Below are positions 46,237-54,847 of a stretch of 64,000 nt of DNA, one piece after another (position 1 is the stretch's first letter; each line of letters starts with the position of its first letter). The notes beneath the pieces were generated by a model. The model was given only the letters and a program-made list of their open reading frames with translations, was not told the origin of the DNA and did no database searches. A program made the translations under genes and the position numbers. The DNA is from a virus: the IMG/VR virus record IMGVR_UViG_3300020182_001907; one strand, written 5' to 3'.

Positions 46237-47349
46237 CTATACGATATACTTGGTATATCGCTCCGAAAAGACCTTGTATAAGTCTTTGTCAAGATCAGTT
46301 CGGATGTTGAACCGAATTTTGTAATCCTTCATAATGGTCTTGAAGAACAGGATTACTTGTTCGGGTTGAAAATTACTGTACGCAAATCGTACAGTGTTAT
46401 TAAAGAACTTCTTAAAGTCGCCCTTGATGCCATCTCGCTTGTAAATATTGTGGATTTCATAACTCAGTCCAACTACTAAGCTGGTCATTGCACTTACTTC
46501 GTTCTTAAGCTCTTTATCAATTGTAGTTACAGAACCGTCCAAGATGCTTTCTGGATTAGGTAAACGTCCTGCTGAACGTCTATGTTCCATAAACTTAGCA
46601 GCCATACCATCGCCTACTGAGCCAGCAATCTCTGCCTTACGCTCGTAATCAGGTGCAGCATCAAAGTCAGGATGCCACAAAGCGTCTGATACATCTACCC
46701 AACTACGTGGTGACGCCCATGCTTCGCTAGCACTCTTGGGGTCAAATGCAAACAAATCCTGTTTTGCAAAACTTAGATAACCAACTACATCAGGATGCAC
46801 TTCTTGATGGATGGCCCAGTCTTTCCAGTCTTCAAAGTCTACTACTAACTCAACATGTCGGAAACGATTAGCAAGGGGAGCAGGCATACGATATGTAACA
46901 CCTCTATCGCCCTGCCGGTTACCAGCCGCAACAATAACGACATTGTCTGGGAGGACATACTGACCAATACGACGATTCAGTATCAGCTGGTAACCGGCGG
47001 CTTGCACTGCTGGAGGTGCACTATTAAGTTCGTCTAAAAATAACACCACATTGTCATACTCTGAAGCTACTTCTGCGCTGGGCAGATCTGCTGGAGGGCT
47101 CCACTCCATAGTATTAGTGGACTCGTTTCTCCAAGCATAACCACGCAGGTCAGTTGGATCCATTAGTGCCAAACGGCAATCAATCAGTAGATTGTTACCA
47201 GGCATCACATCGTAGCAAATCTGGCTAACGATGTCTGACTTACCAATACCGGGAGGACCCCAGATGAACACTGGCTTTGGTTTGCGGGGATTTGTCATAG
47301 CACGATGAATAACGCCTACTGCTTGACTGGGTTTAACTGTAAGATCCAT
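46237..47349 (-). CDS. MoxR-family AAA+ ATPase
   Basis: Walker A GPPGIGKS, DPTDLRG, Walker B LFLDELN, AAGNR, PLANRF and SPRSW. Confidence 0.9.
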   Translation of the reverse strand: MDLTVKPSQAVGVIHRAMTNPRKPKPVFIWGPPGIGKSDIVSQICYDVMPGNNLLIDCRLALMDPTDLRGYAWRNESTNTMEWSPPADLPSAEVASEYDNVVLFLDELNSAPPAVQAAGYQLILNRRIGQYVLPDNVVIVAAGNRQGDRGVTYRMPAPLANRFRHVELVVDFEDWKDWAIHQEVHPDVVGYLSFAKQDLFAFDPKSASEAWASPRSWVDVSDALWHPDFDAAPDYERKAEIAGSVGDGMAAKFMEHRRSAGRLPNPESILDGSVTTIDKELKNEVSAMTSLVVGLSYEIHNIYKRDGIKGDFKKFFNNTVRFAYSNFQPEQVILFFKTIMKDYKIRFNIRTDLDKDLYKVFSERYTKYIV

Positions 47350-47381
47350 AAACTACTCCTAATTTTTTAACCTACAATATA

Positions 47382-47409
47382 ATTATAGCACCTATTTGCT
47401 ATTTGTCAA
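47382..47409 (-). promoter_or_regulatory. Sigma70-type early promoter for the MoxR gene
   Basis: TTGACA-N16-TATAAT with TGC before the -10 element. Confidence 0.85.
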
Positions 47410-47414
47410 CCTTT

Positions 47415-47756
47415 TTACATAGTCCAATAACGTTCTGTGAAAGGATCAGCACTGCTGCCTATTTGGTTAATGCTCATTGATAGCGTGATTTCTTTACCAG
47501 TACCTGGTGCAATACCAGTACGAGTAACCTGGCGCTCAATATTAGCCAAATAATGTTCAGATTCAGCAATACCGTAAATGAACTGAGGATCAGTGTCTAT
47601 ACTGTAAGTAGACAGATTTTCATGAGCCTTCTTGCTCATTCTAGTTAGAGCAGCCTTCGCAGCACCTAGGGACTTATAACACGTTGTCTCACGGTAAGAA
47701 TTACTGCTTCGGGCTTTAACAATTGCGGTGGTCTTTAAATCGTATATTACAAACAT
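47415..47756 (-). CDS. Hypothetical early protein
   Basis: 113 aa with its own promoter; AAKAALTR and C-terminal DP..E.YW.M motifs. Confidence 0.7.
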   Translation of the reverse strand: MFVIYDLKTTAIVKARSSNSYRETTCYKSLGAAKAALTRMSKKAHENLSTYSIDTDPQFIYGIAESEHYLANIERQVTRTGIAPGTGKEITLSMSINQIGSSADPFTERYWTM

Positions 47757-47788
47757 ATTTTCTACTCTTTTTATTAATGTATGCGTAT

Positions 47789-47816
47789 ATTATAGCAGGA
47801 ATACAGGATTTGTCAA
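47789..47816 (-). promoter_or_regulatory. Sigma70-type early promoter
   Basis: TTGACA-N16-TATAAT with TGC before the -10 element. Confidence 0.85.
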
Positions 47817-47820
47817 GCTG

Positions 47821-47833
47821 TAAGTTATTGATT
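47821..47833 (-). promoter_or_regulatory. IHF-consensus site upstream of the -35 element
   Basis: AATCAATAACTTA matches WATCAAnnnnTTR, with the same 4-nt offset as the site at 46152. Confidence 0.5.
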
Positions 47834-47855
47834 TATATAGACCAAAAAAAAGGTT

Positions 47856-47881
47856 AAAAAAAGCGGGCAATTGCCCGCTTT
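47856..47881 (-). terminator. Rho-independent terminator
   Basis: GCGGGC-AATT-GCCCGC hairpin followed by T7 on the minus strand, just after the stop at 47899. Confidence 0.85.
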
Positions 47882-47898
47882 CTGGGACGGCCTTCAGC

Positions 47899-48171
47899 TT
47901 ATACTAAGCCTGCTGCCAATGCTTTGAAACCAGCAGCAACAACTGCGCGGCTTGGGTTACCAAGACGATAAAAAGTCTTAGTACGGCCCTTTGTGTCAGT
48001 CTTTTTGTTTGCGTAGATAGCAAACCCTTTCATACGAAGAGCTGATACAGTTGACCGTGCATTACCTACACCAAATCGAGCTTCGATTTGAGCAGCAGTG
48101 AGACCACGATTGTTAGCTTTGAGAGCCTCGAGTACACGAGCTTCTTTAGTTACAACTGTTGAATTAGTCAT
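47899..48171 (-). CDS. Winged helix-turn-helix DNA-binding protein
   Basis: VLEAL....GLTAAQI..RFGV.N.RSTVS.LR..G..IY...FYRLG; AAGGAG RBS. Confidence 0.7.
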   Translation of the reverse strand: MTNSTVVTKEARVLEALKANNRGLTAAQIEARFGVGNARSTVSALRMKGFAIYANKKTDTKGRTKTFYRLGNPSRAVVAAGFKALAAGLV

Positions 48172-48228
48172 TAATGACTCCTTTACTTAGGTTTAATTGT
48201 GCTGTGCTTTATTGCGCAACATGTATTA

Positions 48229-48256
48229 ATTATAGCAGGTCTTAGCTCTTTGTCAA
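48229..48256 (-). promoter_or_regulatory. Sigma70-type early promoter for the wHTH gene
   Basis: TTGACA-N16-TATAAT with TGC before the -10 element, overlapping the end of the upstream ORF. Confidence 0.8.
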
Positions 48257-48568
48257 GCGTTTTTTCATGTTTTCTGTAATTTTTTTCATATTTTTTATGA
48301 TAAATTGCGCAGATTCTGGATTATCAGCAACTAGGATTTGTAGTTCAAAGCATAGTTCTGCTAATTCATCTAACTGAGACTCGTTGCCAAACTGAGGTAA
48401 GTTGTCCCAGAATGATTCAGAATCCCAGTTCAATACATCCCCATTTTCGTCAAAGGATATTGTAAGATTATTTAGGTCGTATGAAAGTTCTGCTAACCAA
48501 TCTGTGTTTTGGTTCTTATTTGATTTCTTTGGAAATTCTATGATATTTCCAGTTTTTTTCTCAGTCAT
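48242..48568 (-). CDS. Hypothetical protein
   Basis: 108 aa with N-terminal NIIEFP; GGGAG RBS. Confidence 0.65.
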   Translation of the reverse strand: MTEKKTGNIIEFPKKSNKNQNTDWLAELSYDLNNLTISFDENGDVLNWDSESFWDNLPQFGNESQLDELAELCFELQILVADNPESAQFIIKNMKKITENMKKRLTKS

Positions 48569-48597
48569 TACGTTTCTCCCTAAATATTTTCATGATC

Positions 48598-49212
48598 TTA
48601 TGATTGGTATGGATTTAATAATATGTCTAATTGCTCATACTCTCTTGGTCCAAACAGCGTTCTTTCCAGGATATGATTAGCAACCGTATCTACATTCATT
48701 CTTTTTGTGTCATAACTTCCCGATTTATCAGGATCACTTCTAGCAGTTGCTATTCTTGTTAGTGTGTAGTGACTTAATCTACATTTTCTACGAGGAAGAA
48801 CAGTAAATGAATCAAATATGCAGTTTTTGTATGCCTCCCAAAGCCTAATATTTGTTCTCATATCTTCTTTAGGCATACTATTCTCCGCCATTTTCTCCGT
48901 CATTATATCTATAATAAACTGATATTTTAATGCACTGTTAACAACAATAATATGTTTGTCCGGAAGTTCTCTCCATTTAGAATATAGTTCGGTTAATAAT
49001 TTGCTTTGCCCCATAGGTCCAGTCATTATAAACGCATCAAGGTCGTTTTCTAAAACATTCTCAACACAATTTAAATGAGCTTCAGTGTCGTACCGAAATG
49101 TGTAACCTGTTGCTCTAGAGTAACCATATAGTGTATGCTGGTTATCCTTATGTAGTTGGTTGCATAGAGCTGTTCCTAGTCCACCAGTGTGACCAGTAAT
49201 TCCAATTTTCAT
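48598..49212 (-). CDS. Divergent short-chain dehydrogenase-like (Rossmann) protein
   Basis: KIGITGHTGGLG and GYSRATGY; no clear YxxxK motif. Confidence 0.55.
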   Translation of the reverse strand: MKIGITGHTGGLGTALCNQLHKDNQHTLYGYSRATGYTFRYDTEAHLNCVENVLENDLDAFIMTGPMGQSKLLTELYSKWRELPDKHIIVVNSALKYQFIIDIMTEKMAENSMPKEDMRTNIRLWEAYKNCIFDSFTVLPRRKCRLSHYTLTRIATARSDPDKSGSYDTKRMNVDTVANHILERTLFGPREYEQLDILLNPYQS

Positions 49213-49715
49213 TGTATGTATTCCTCCCAACTTGGATGTTTAACTGTGAAAGGCATCTTCTTCCTGTTACTTGCTAGTTCAAAGTAGGTGGGTTGATATG
49301 GCTTTCTTATAGGTTTAATAATTTTGTGCCCTTTGTGACTATTGCATTTAGCACATGCTGTAACAATATTAGTCCATGTTGTTTTACCGTGATGCTTTAT
49401 AGGTATAACATGATCTAGTGTACCGTTAACCCTGGTTACATCTGTTTCGCAGTACTGGCACACAAACATGTCGCGTAATAATACACAATATTTGCTGAAC
49501 CTAGGTGCTCTGTTTTGGTTGACATACTGCTTAACCATTATCACAGCAGGCACTTGTGTTTCCCATGTGGGGGAACTTACAATCCAATCGTCATACCATT
49601 CTAGTACGTTAACTCTATCTAACCAAACATACTTGATTGCATCTTGCCAACTAACTGCACTTAATGGCAAAAAACTTATAGGTTGTGCGTCACTATTAAG
49701 TATTAAAGTGTCCAT
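49209..49715 (-). CDS. HNH endonuclease (McrA-like)
   Basis: L.LN.D..P, RD...CQYC and TLDHVIP...G.TTW.N.VTAC..CN..KG. Confidence 0.85.
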   Translation of the reverse strand: MDTLILNSDAQPISFLPLSAVSWQDAIKYVWLDRVNVLEWYDDWIVSSPTWETQVPAVIMVKQYVNQNRAPRFSKYCVLLRDMFVCQYCETDVTRVNGTLDHVIPIKHHGKTTWTNIVTACAKCNSHKGHKIIKPIRKPYQPTYFELASNRKKMPFTVKHPSWEEYIQ

Positions 49716-49716
49716 G

Positions 49717-50085
49717 TTATAAATATTCCGCAAATTCGTTTATATTTTTACCATTAAGCTGATACCAGGCAGCATCGTCCTCAGAGTAAAAAGTCGCATA
49801 TCTCATACTTATATAATACGGCCATAACATCTTTTTGTCAAGTACTATTATTGCTTTGTTGCTAATTTCTTGTATAACTGGATACGAATTAAATGCAAAG
49901 TGTTTGCATAGTACTGCATTACCATTAAATGTTAATCGTAATCCTTGGTGATGTCCATGACTAAATCTGTAGTTTTTAAATAAAAATGATAACGCTTTAG
50001 ATTTACTTACTTCTTCGTCAAACAGGGTGTTGACATCGTTATATACTGTATAGAGTATGTGTTCATGCAAACTTTTATACGTCAT
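49717..50085 (-). CDS. Conserved hypothetical phage protein
   Basis: GLRLT..G...LD.....PYY motif; coupled to neighbours. Confidence 0.65.
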   Translation of the reverse strand: MTYKSLHEHILYTVYNDVNTLFDEEVSKSKALSFLFKNYRFSHGHHQGLRLTFNGNAVLCKHFAFNSYPVIQEISNKAIIVLDKKMLWPYYISMRYATFYSEDDAAWYQLNGKNINEFAEYL

Positions 50086-50371
50086 GTTCCTCTACAACTT
50101 CACCCTGAGTAAGTTTAATTACACAAAACTTGTCTGTATTAAAAATTTTGTTTAATCTATCTCTTAAATTAAACGCATGTCCAGGATTACTAAAAGAAAC
50201 TTTTTTATATTTAGGTCCAGGATAATTTACTAGTGTATTTTGTGTTCTTAAATTAACAGGATTCCCGTCAAAGAATACACTAAAAATTGCTTCTGCACTT
50301 AGCACTTGTTCTGATTTATATGTATGTTTGTTAACTGCTTCTAGTAATATGTGTGGTTTAGGTCTACTCAT
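50075..50371 (-). CDS. Conserved hypothetical phage protein
   Basis: MSRPKP..LL...GPKYKKVSFSNPGHA.NL...LN..F; preceded by TAAATA. Confidence 0.7.
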   Translation of the reverse strand: MSRPKPHILLEAVNKHTYKSEQVLSAEAIFSVFFDGNPVNLRTQNTLVNYPGPKYKKVSFSNPGHAFNLRDRLNKIFNTDKFCVIKLTQGEVVEEHDV

Positions 50372-50376
50372 ACAGG

Positions 50377-50382
50377 TATTTA
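50377..50382 (-). promoter_or_regulatory. Putative late promoter (GATAAATA)
   Basis: 5 nt upstream of ATG 50371, the same arrangement as at 38704. Confidence 0.5.
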
Positions 50383-50396
50383 TCAAAAAACATGTT

Positions 50397-51338
50397 TTAA
50401 CGATTAGCAGTATATGTAAACTCCATATCGTTTAAACTAACACCATTTTCACAACTATTGCACATCTCAAAACATGTGTAAGGTTCCGGCGCTATTTCTT
50501 CATATGATTCTAGTATTAGGTTTCCCAGTACATGTTCTAAGTTATAATCCATACAACATAATACAACATCCCCATTAGGCAAACATACGTTATGATATAG
50601 TCCTTCTGGACAATTACAAGTAGTTGGACTTTCAGGAGGATGGCTAGCCCAGTAAAATATTTCGGGAAGCAATTCTGGCTTTAGTAAACGTTCTTTTTCC
50701 AAATTTCCTGCTCTCGAATACATTTTACTTGCACTAAATCCGTTCCAGAGATGGCTGAATTCATCTAATACTTCTCCCATGCACATTACATCAAAATTTT
50801 GTACTCTGTGCTCGTTTTCTTTAATATGCTGTAAAAGTTTACGATATCTATCAGTTATAGGATGCTTTGCTCTTTTTTCTTTGTCAGGCAAATGTAGCAT
50901 GAATCCACCGTTCGGATTTCCAGCAAAAGGTATATGTGCTATTTTCTCAAAATCCTCAACGCTCATACCTATGCCTGTGGTAAAAACACTTACAGGATGC
51001 CCGGTTTCGTGTGCATAAACAATCATATCAGCACAGTGGTTGTTTACAAATGGTTCTGTAAACCCTGCAAATGTAACTCTAAGCTCAAGTGGTAATTTAT
51101 CAACCATGTGTTTAAAGCTATCAAGAGATAACATAGTTAAGTCACTGTATGCTTTAGTTAATACACGCTGCGGGCAAAATACACAATCAACAGGACAACC
51201 TTTTAACGGTATATTTGTTGTAAATTCCATAGTAGGGAAATCTGTAGTTTTCCAAGGATGTGTTGTAAATTTTTTGTGTTTTACCACAGTGTTTACTTTT
51301 TTTGGTATAACTTCAACGGTTTTAATTAAGTTAATCAT
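50397..51338 (-). CDS. Radical SAM/SPASM domain protein
   Basis: CPVDCVFCPQ, FAGFTEP and C-terminal NGDVVLCCMDY...GN...C..C. Confidence 0.85.
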   Translation of the reverse strand: MINLIKTVEVIPKKVNTVVKHKKFTTHPWKTTDFPTMEFTTNIPLKGCPVDCVFCPQRVLTKAYSDLTMLSLDSFKHMVDKLPLELRVTFAGFTEPFVNNHCADMIVYAHETGHPVSVFTTGIGMSVEDFEKIAHIPFAGNPNGGFMLHLPDKEKRAKHPITDRYRKLLQHIKENEHRVQNFDVMCMGEVLDEFSHLWNGFSASKMYSRAGNLEKERLLKPELLPEIFYWASHPPESPTTCNCPEGLYHNVCLPNGDVVLCCMDYNLEHVLGNLILESYEEIAPEPYTCFEMCNSCENGVSLNDMEFTYTANR

Positions 51339-51862
51339 TATGTTAATTTCTGAGCATTCCTATATACTTTATTTAACTGTTTTAATCTCTGTTTAGCGTC
51401 AAAGGCAGTTTTAAAAGGACCTTCGTAACCATATTTCTCAAGTGTGGCTAGTTTGGGCCCGTGTGCATGCTTCCACCCTTTTTCAAAGTTAATTGTGTAA
51501 AAACCAGCAGCATAGTATACATCGCTATCTAAAATCTTTGTGTATAAAGGTAAATCATGCCGATAGTCTGGATTAGACTCTTCTAAGGCAAATGGTTCTG
51601 TATAATCTACTTGATGCCCTTTAACAAAAAACTTATCTGGTTTTTGTATAGGTTTTTTTATTTGTACCTCAAACATCTCTACATTACCAAAATGCTTAAT
51701 TACTGCAGACTTGTCTGTAAAATGAAGTAGTTCTTTACCAGTTATAAAAGTAAAATGGTCTTGTACATCTTTATTTAATATGCCCATTCTGTTTTCACCT
51801 TGATGAACTAACCAAGCAACGTCTGATACCTGCTGTAACATTATCTCTTTAAAGTACGACAT
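51338..51862 (-). CDS. Conserved hypothetical phage protein
   Basis: PLYTK...S..YYAAG.Y...W....PKL.TL..Y.Y.GPFKT motif. Confidence 0.65.
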   Translation of the reverse strand: MSYFKEIMLQQVSDVAWLVHQGENRMGILNKDVQDHFTFITGKELLHFTDKSAVIKHFGNVEMFEVQIKKPIQKPDKFFVKGHQVDYTEPFALEESNPDYRHDLPLYTKILDSDVYYAAGFYTINFEKGWKHAHGPKLATLEKYGYEGPFKTAFDAKQRLKQLNKVYRNAQKLT

Positions 51863-51872
51863 GTGTTTTTTC

Positions 51873-52133
51873 CTATTTTGTATCCCCAAACCTTCTAGGT
51901 CGGGTAAATTCTTGTTGTATTGCTTCGTGCGCACTATTGCCTTCAGCTGCTTTGCGTATATTGTAATATTTTTCTCGTTTAGTGTCTATCCAGGGAGGTA
52001 CATTACTATCTGGATCTCCCATAAACGGTCTTCTATATACTTGCTCATCTACTCTTTCGTAAACCCATTTAATATCAGGCTGGCCATTTTCTAAAATCCA
52101 AGCAGCTTTGTCTGTATCTGTCCACTCTATCAT
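51873..52133 (-). CDS. Hypothetical protein
   Basis: 86-aa ORF with ATGA overlap. Confidence 0.55.
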   Translation of the reverse strand: MIEWTDTDKAAWILENGQPDIKWVYERVDEQVYRRPFMGDPDSNVPPWIDTKREKYYNIRKAAEGNSAHEAIQQEFTRPRRFGDTK

Positions 52134-52336
52134 AGTTTAAATGCCAATACCATTAGTATACACAATAAAAGTATATTTGTAAAGAAGATTTCTATTGCAA
52201 GAATAGTATGATACCAAACCCAGCGGGACTCATATATCTTGTTTACTTCTGGGTGACTGCCTTTTTCTATAATAGCTTTATCCAGTATATTATCTTCAAC
52301 TGGACGTTCGAAGAATTTAATTATTTTTGCTAACAT
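52130..52336 (-). CDS. Small membrane protein
   Basis: C-terminal hydrophobic helix; AGGAA RBS. Confidence 0.6.
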   Translation of the reverse strand: MLAKIIKFFERPVEDNILDKAIIEKGSHPEVNKIYESRWVWYHTILAIEIFFTNILLLCILMVLAFKL

Positions 52337-52385
52337 TGTCTAATTGTTCCTTCTAGTTCTATCTTTTCTGAGGACATACAATCCA

Positions 52386-53375
52386 TTATTTAACTCCTGC
52401 GTTTAATAACGTAGCAAACTCTGTAGGTTGATCACTAAGTCTCTTTAAATCCCACTTAGCACAAAACTTCATAAAGTGTATGCCTACGTTCTGTACTTTT
52501 TCTTTATTTACTGCCTCAGCAATTACCGCATTGCATGCCTGCTTAACTTCTTCTGGTTGCATGGTTAAATCAATTAATGTACGGTTACGTTCATAGTCAT
52601 CTCGAACACGATGCTCTATATCTTCATGGTCTGTCCAGCGTTGTAGCATAAAGTTATTGTAATTAAAGCCACCAGTGTTTCGATCTGCAAACGCTTCCGA
52701 AATACCAGTTTTATTTTTACTGCCCTTAGTACGTGCGCCTGGGTAAGCAGCAAACACATTGTCTGCACTATCACCACGAACACATTTTTCAAACAGAATC
52801 CATTCAGGATCAGGCAGTACTTTATCTTTACCAGTCTTCTTATCAACTATACGCTTACCACTCTTAGCATCAACAAATCCTTCTAGACTAACAATTGTAT
52901 CCTGTGTGCCGTTATATTGCTTGACATTGGGCGCCATTAGCTGATGGAAATCACTATCTGTACTTACAATAACATGTTGATCATCTGGATGCTTTTGTAT
53001 CCAGGTAGCAATTAGGTCGTCAGCCTCAGCATTACCACACTGGATAACACTAGAGTTTGTCTTTTCAGTAAAGAACTTGATCATGTCATTATAAGCTTCA
53101 AAGAACAATTCGTCATCTTCTTGTTCCCTGACTGATCTTTTAGCTGCTAACACTTTACGATTGGCTTTGTAAGGGGGGTAAAAGTCTTTACGCCATGAAC
53201 GACCTTCTAAACAAAACACAACATGACTGCCGTTAAAATCCTTCCAGGCCTTCTTAATGCTGTTAAACATAATGTGCATTGCCATGCCAATCTTCATGTC
53301 AATGTCCTTACCACCACCCACATGCTTTGCTCTGAAAAACATGTTCAAACTGTCTACTAGGATATATGTTGACAC
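52386..53375 (-). CDS. rnh: T4-type RNase H / 5'-3' exonuclease (FEN fold)
   Basis: ILVD..N, SWRK..Y..YKANR, EADD.IA, STDSDF.QL, RGD..DNV and RN..LIDL; GGAGG RBS. Confidence 0.85.
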   Translation of the reverse strand: MSTYILVDSLNMFFRAKHVGGGKDIDMKIGMAMHIMFNSIKKAWKDFNGSHVVFCLEGRSWRKDFYPPYKANRKVLAAKRSVREQEDDELFFEAYNDMIKFFTEKTNSSVIQCGNAEADDLIATWIQKHPDDQHVIVSTDSDFHQLMAPNVKQYNGTQDTIVSLEGFVDAKSGKRIVDKKTGKDKVLPDPEWILFEKCVRGDSADNVFAAYPGARTKGSKNKTGISEAFADRNTGGFNYNNFMLQRWTDHEDIEHRVRDDYERNRTLIDLTMQPEEVKQACNAVIAEAVNKEKVQNVGIHFMKFCAKWDLKRLSDQPTEFATLLNAGVK

Positions 53376-53384
53376 TGTGACCTC

Positions 53385-53732
53385 CTATGGTCGATTCATT
53401 ACACGTAAATATTTAAGTTTGGTTTTGCCTTTATTGTACACACGATGAAATACACCTGCTTGAACAGTTACAATGTCTTGTGCATTTACTTTGTGTGTTT
53501 CTTCGATTTCTCCCTGCCCTTCGTCAGGATATCTCAAATACATCTCACCTGCGCCCTGGGTAAAAAAGAAAATTTCATCTTGTAAATGATGTTTGTGTCC
53601 AGCAGTATGGCTACCCGAAAACAGGTGAGTGCTACTGAGTATGAGATTATCACCAACAAAGTTATCTTTTACAGTATAACTGTCATTCTCTTTGGTGATA
53701 TGTCCGCCAATGTCATCAAATTCATCCTTCAT
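53385..53732 (-). CDS. Cupin-domain protein
   Basis: GHKH..QDE.FFF..G.G and V.AGVFHRV.N. Confidence 0.75.
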   Translation of the reverse strand: MKDEFDDIGGHITKENDSYTVKDNFVGDNLILSSTHLFSGSHTAGHKHHLQDEIFFFTQGAGEMYLRYPDEGQGEIEETHKVNAQDIVTVQAGVFHRVYNKGKTKLKYLRVMNRP

Positions 53733-54036
53733 TACTAGTCCTGCCCTCGTGACCTTGAATACCTTGACGTCCTTGTGTTGCTTGAGAACCAGTGTTGCCC
53801 TGTGGCACCAACTGTGTTTTGAACTCCTTGTACATCTTGTATGCCTTGAGCGCCAGTTGTGCCTTCTTCTTAGACTTCTTCTTCATACGGCGCAATTTTG
53901 CAAAAAAGTTTGATAATCGCTGTGATACAATTTCCCTGCGTTTATGACGTCTAGTTCTAGCACGTTCAGACTGTTCAACTCTTTTGGTCTTAACAACAGG
54001 TTTAACAACAACTTCTTCTAATATTTTGTCTTCCAT
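53722..54036 (-). CDS. Basic hypothetical protein with a short Gly-X-Y tail
   Basis: K/R-rich, ending GNTGSQATQGRQGIQGHEG; GAGG RBS. Confidence 0.6.
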   Translation of the reverse strand: MEDKILEEVVVKPVVKTKRVEQSERARTRRHKRREIVSQRLSNFFAKLRRMKKKSKKKAQLALKAYKMYKEFKTQLVPQGNTGSQATQGRQGIQGHEGRTSNEG

Positions 54037-54043
54037 AACTACC

Positions 54044-54229
54044 TCACTTTGAATGCGGTGGTTTTTTTACCTCTACAAACCATTCGTGCTTGCGACTAAC
54101 CGGATTGAATTTTTTCATTCGCATTTTTTCCATCTTCTTCTTTTTGGATACAGTGTAATGATACTCGTGAGATTCACGAGTTTGTCCTTCTGGGATCAAA
54201 TACACAATGTCGTTGTCTTTTCTAGCCAT
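54044..54229 (-). CDS. rpmG: Ribosomal protein bL33 homolog (zinc-free type)
   Basis: I.L...HYTVSK.K..EK.RMKKFNPVSRKHEWF.E.K aligns with the bL33 pattern YTTTKN...[21 protein letters not shown]. No Cys; GGAG RBS. Confidence 0.75.
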   Translation of the reverse strand: MARKDNDIVYLIPEGQTRESHEYHYTVSKKKKMEKMRMKKFNPVSRKHEWFVEVKKPPHSK

Positions 54230-54230
54230 T

Positions 54231-54455
54231 TTAATCTCCGTTTAAAATATCGTCAAAAGGTGATTCTTTTAAACCAACCTCTCTTGCTTTTTCTAAGTCT
54301 TGCTCTAAGTTAATTTTAAGGTAATTTCGGTAATTTGTCAAGATATAATTTACCTCTGCATTAGACATAGTTTTAATATACTCATCTATAACAGGTTGTA
54401 CTGCATTCATTAAGGCAGCCAGTTTAAGTTTACTTTTGGTATCAACGTCTTTCAT
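54231..54455 (-). CDS. Hypothetical protein
   Basis: 74-aa ORF coupled to neighbours. Confidence 0.6.
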   Translation of the reverse strand: MKDVDTKSKLKLAALMNAVQPVIDEYIKTMSNAEVNYILTNYRNYLKINLEQDLEKAREVGLKESPFDDILNGD

Positions 54456-54846
54456 GTGGGTCTACCTGTTGTAATCCGTAATCTTGGTCAGCCCCTGCTT
54501 GCAATAACACACTCCTACAAATACTGTTGAACCATTGATTAACAACATCTTCATCACTCTTGCCAGCCAAGCCGTTTGAAGACAGCATTTTAATAAATTC
54601 ATCGTTCCAATCTAATTCAAAAAAGCCTTGTGTTACATCGTCAGGATTAACACCAACTTCAATAACACTTACCCAAGGTTCCTCTCGCTTTGTTGCGTCT
54701 TCCTTGTCCCATTTGTTATTGATTTTAGTAACTTCTTCAGCTAACTTTTCTTCATCTTTAATTTCGTAATTAGCCTTTGCTAACTCTAGTTCTCTGTCTT
54801 TTTTGCCCCAACTAGTTGGGTGCATTCTAAAAGGTATTCTAGCCAT
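54442..54846 (-). CDS. Conserved hypothetical phage protein
   Basis: AT...EPWV......GFFELDWN.EFI..L...G..G..DE..V.QWF..IC motif. Confidence 0.7.
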   Translation of the reverse strand: MARIPFRMHPTSWGKKDRELELAKANYEIKDEEKLAEEVTKINNKWDKEDATKREEPWVSVIEVGVNPDDVTQGFFELDWNDEFIKMLSSNGLAGKSDEDVVNQWFNSICRSVLLQAGADQDYGLQQVDPHERR

Positions 54847-54847
54847 A

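Noticed and set aside
46089-48241. tRNA genes in the larger intergenic gaps
   Set aside because: No cloverleaf or T-loop GTTC motif; the gaps are explained by promoters, hairpins and a terminator.
49209-49715. HNH gene as a mobile intron or homing element
   Set aside because: It interrupts no gene, is coupled to its neighbours and resembles stand-alone McrA-like HNH proteins; no intron structure seen.
53722-53800. Collagen-like domain
   Set aside because: Only about six imperfect Gly-X-Y triplets, too short to support a triple helix.
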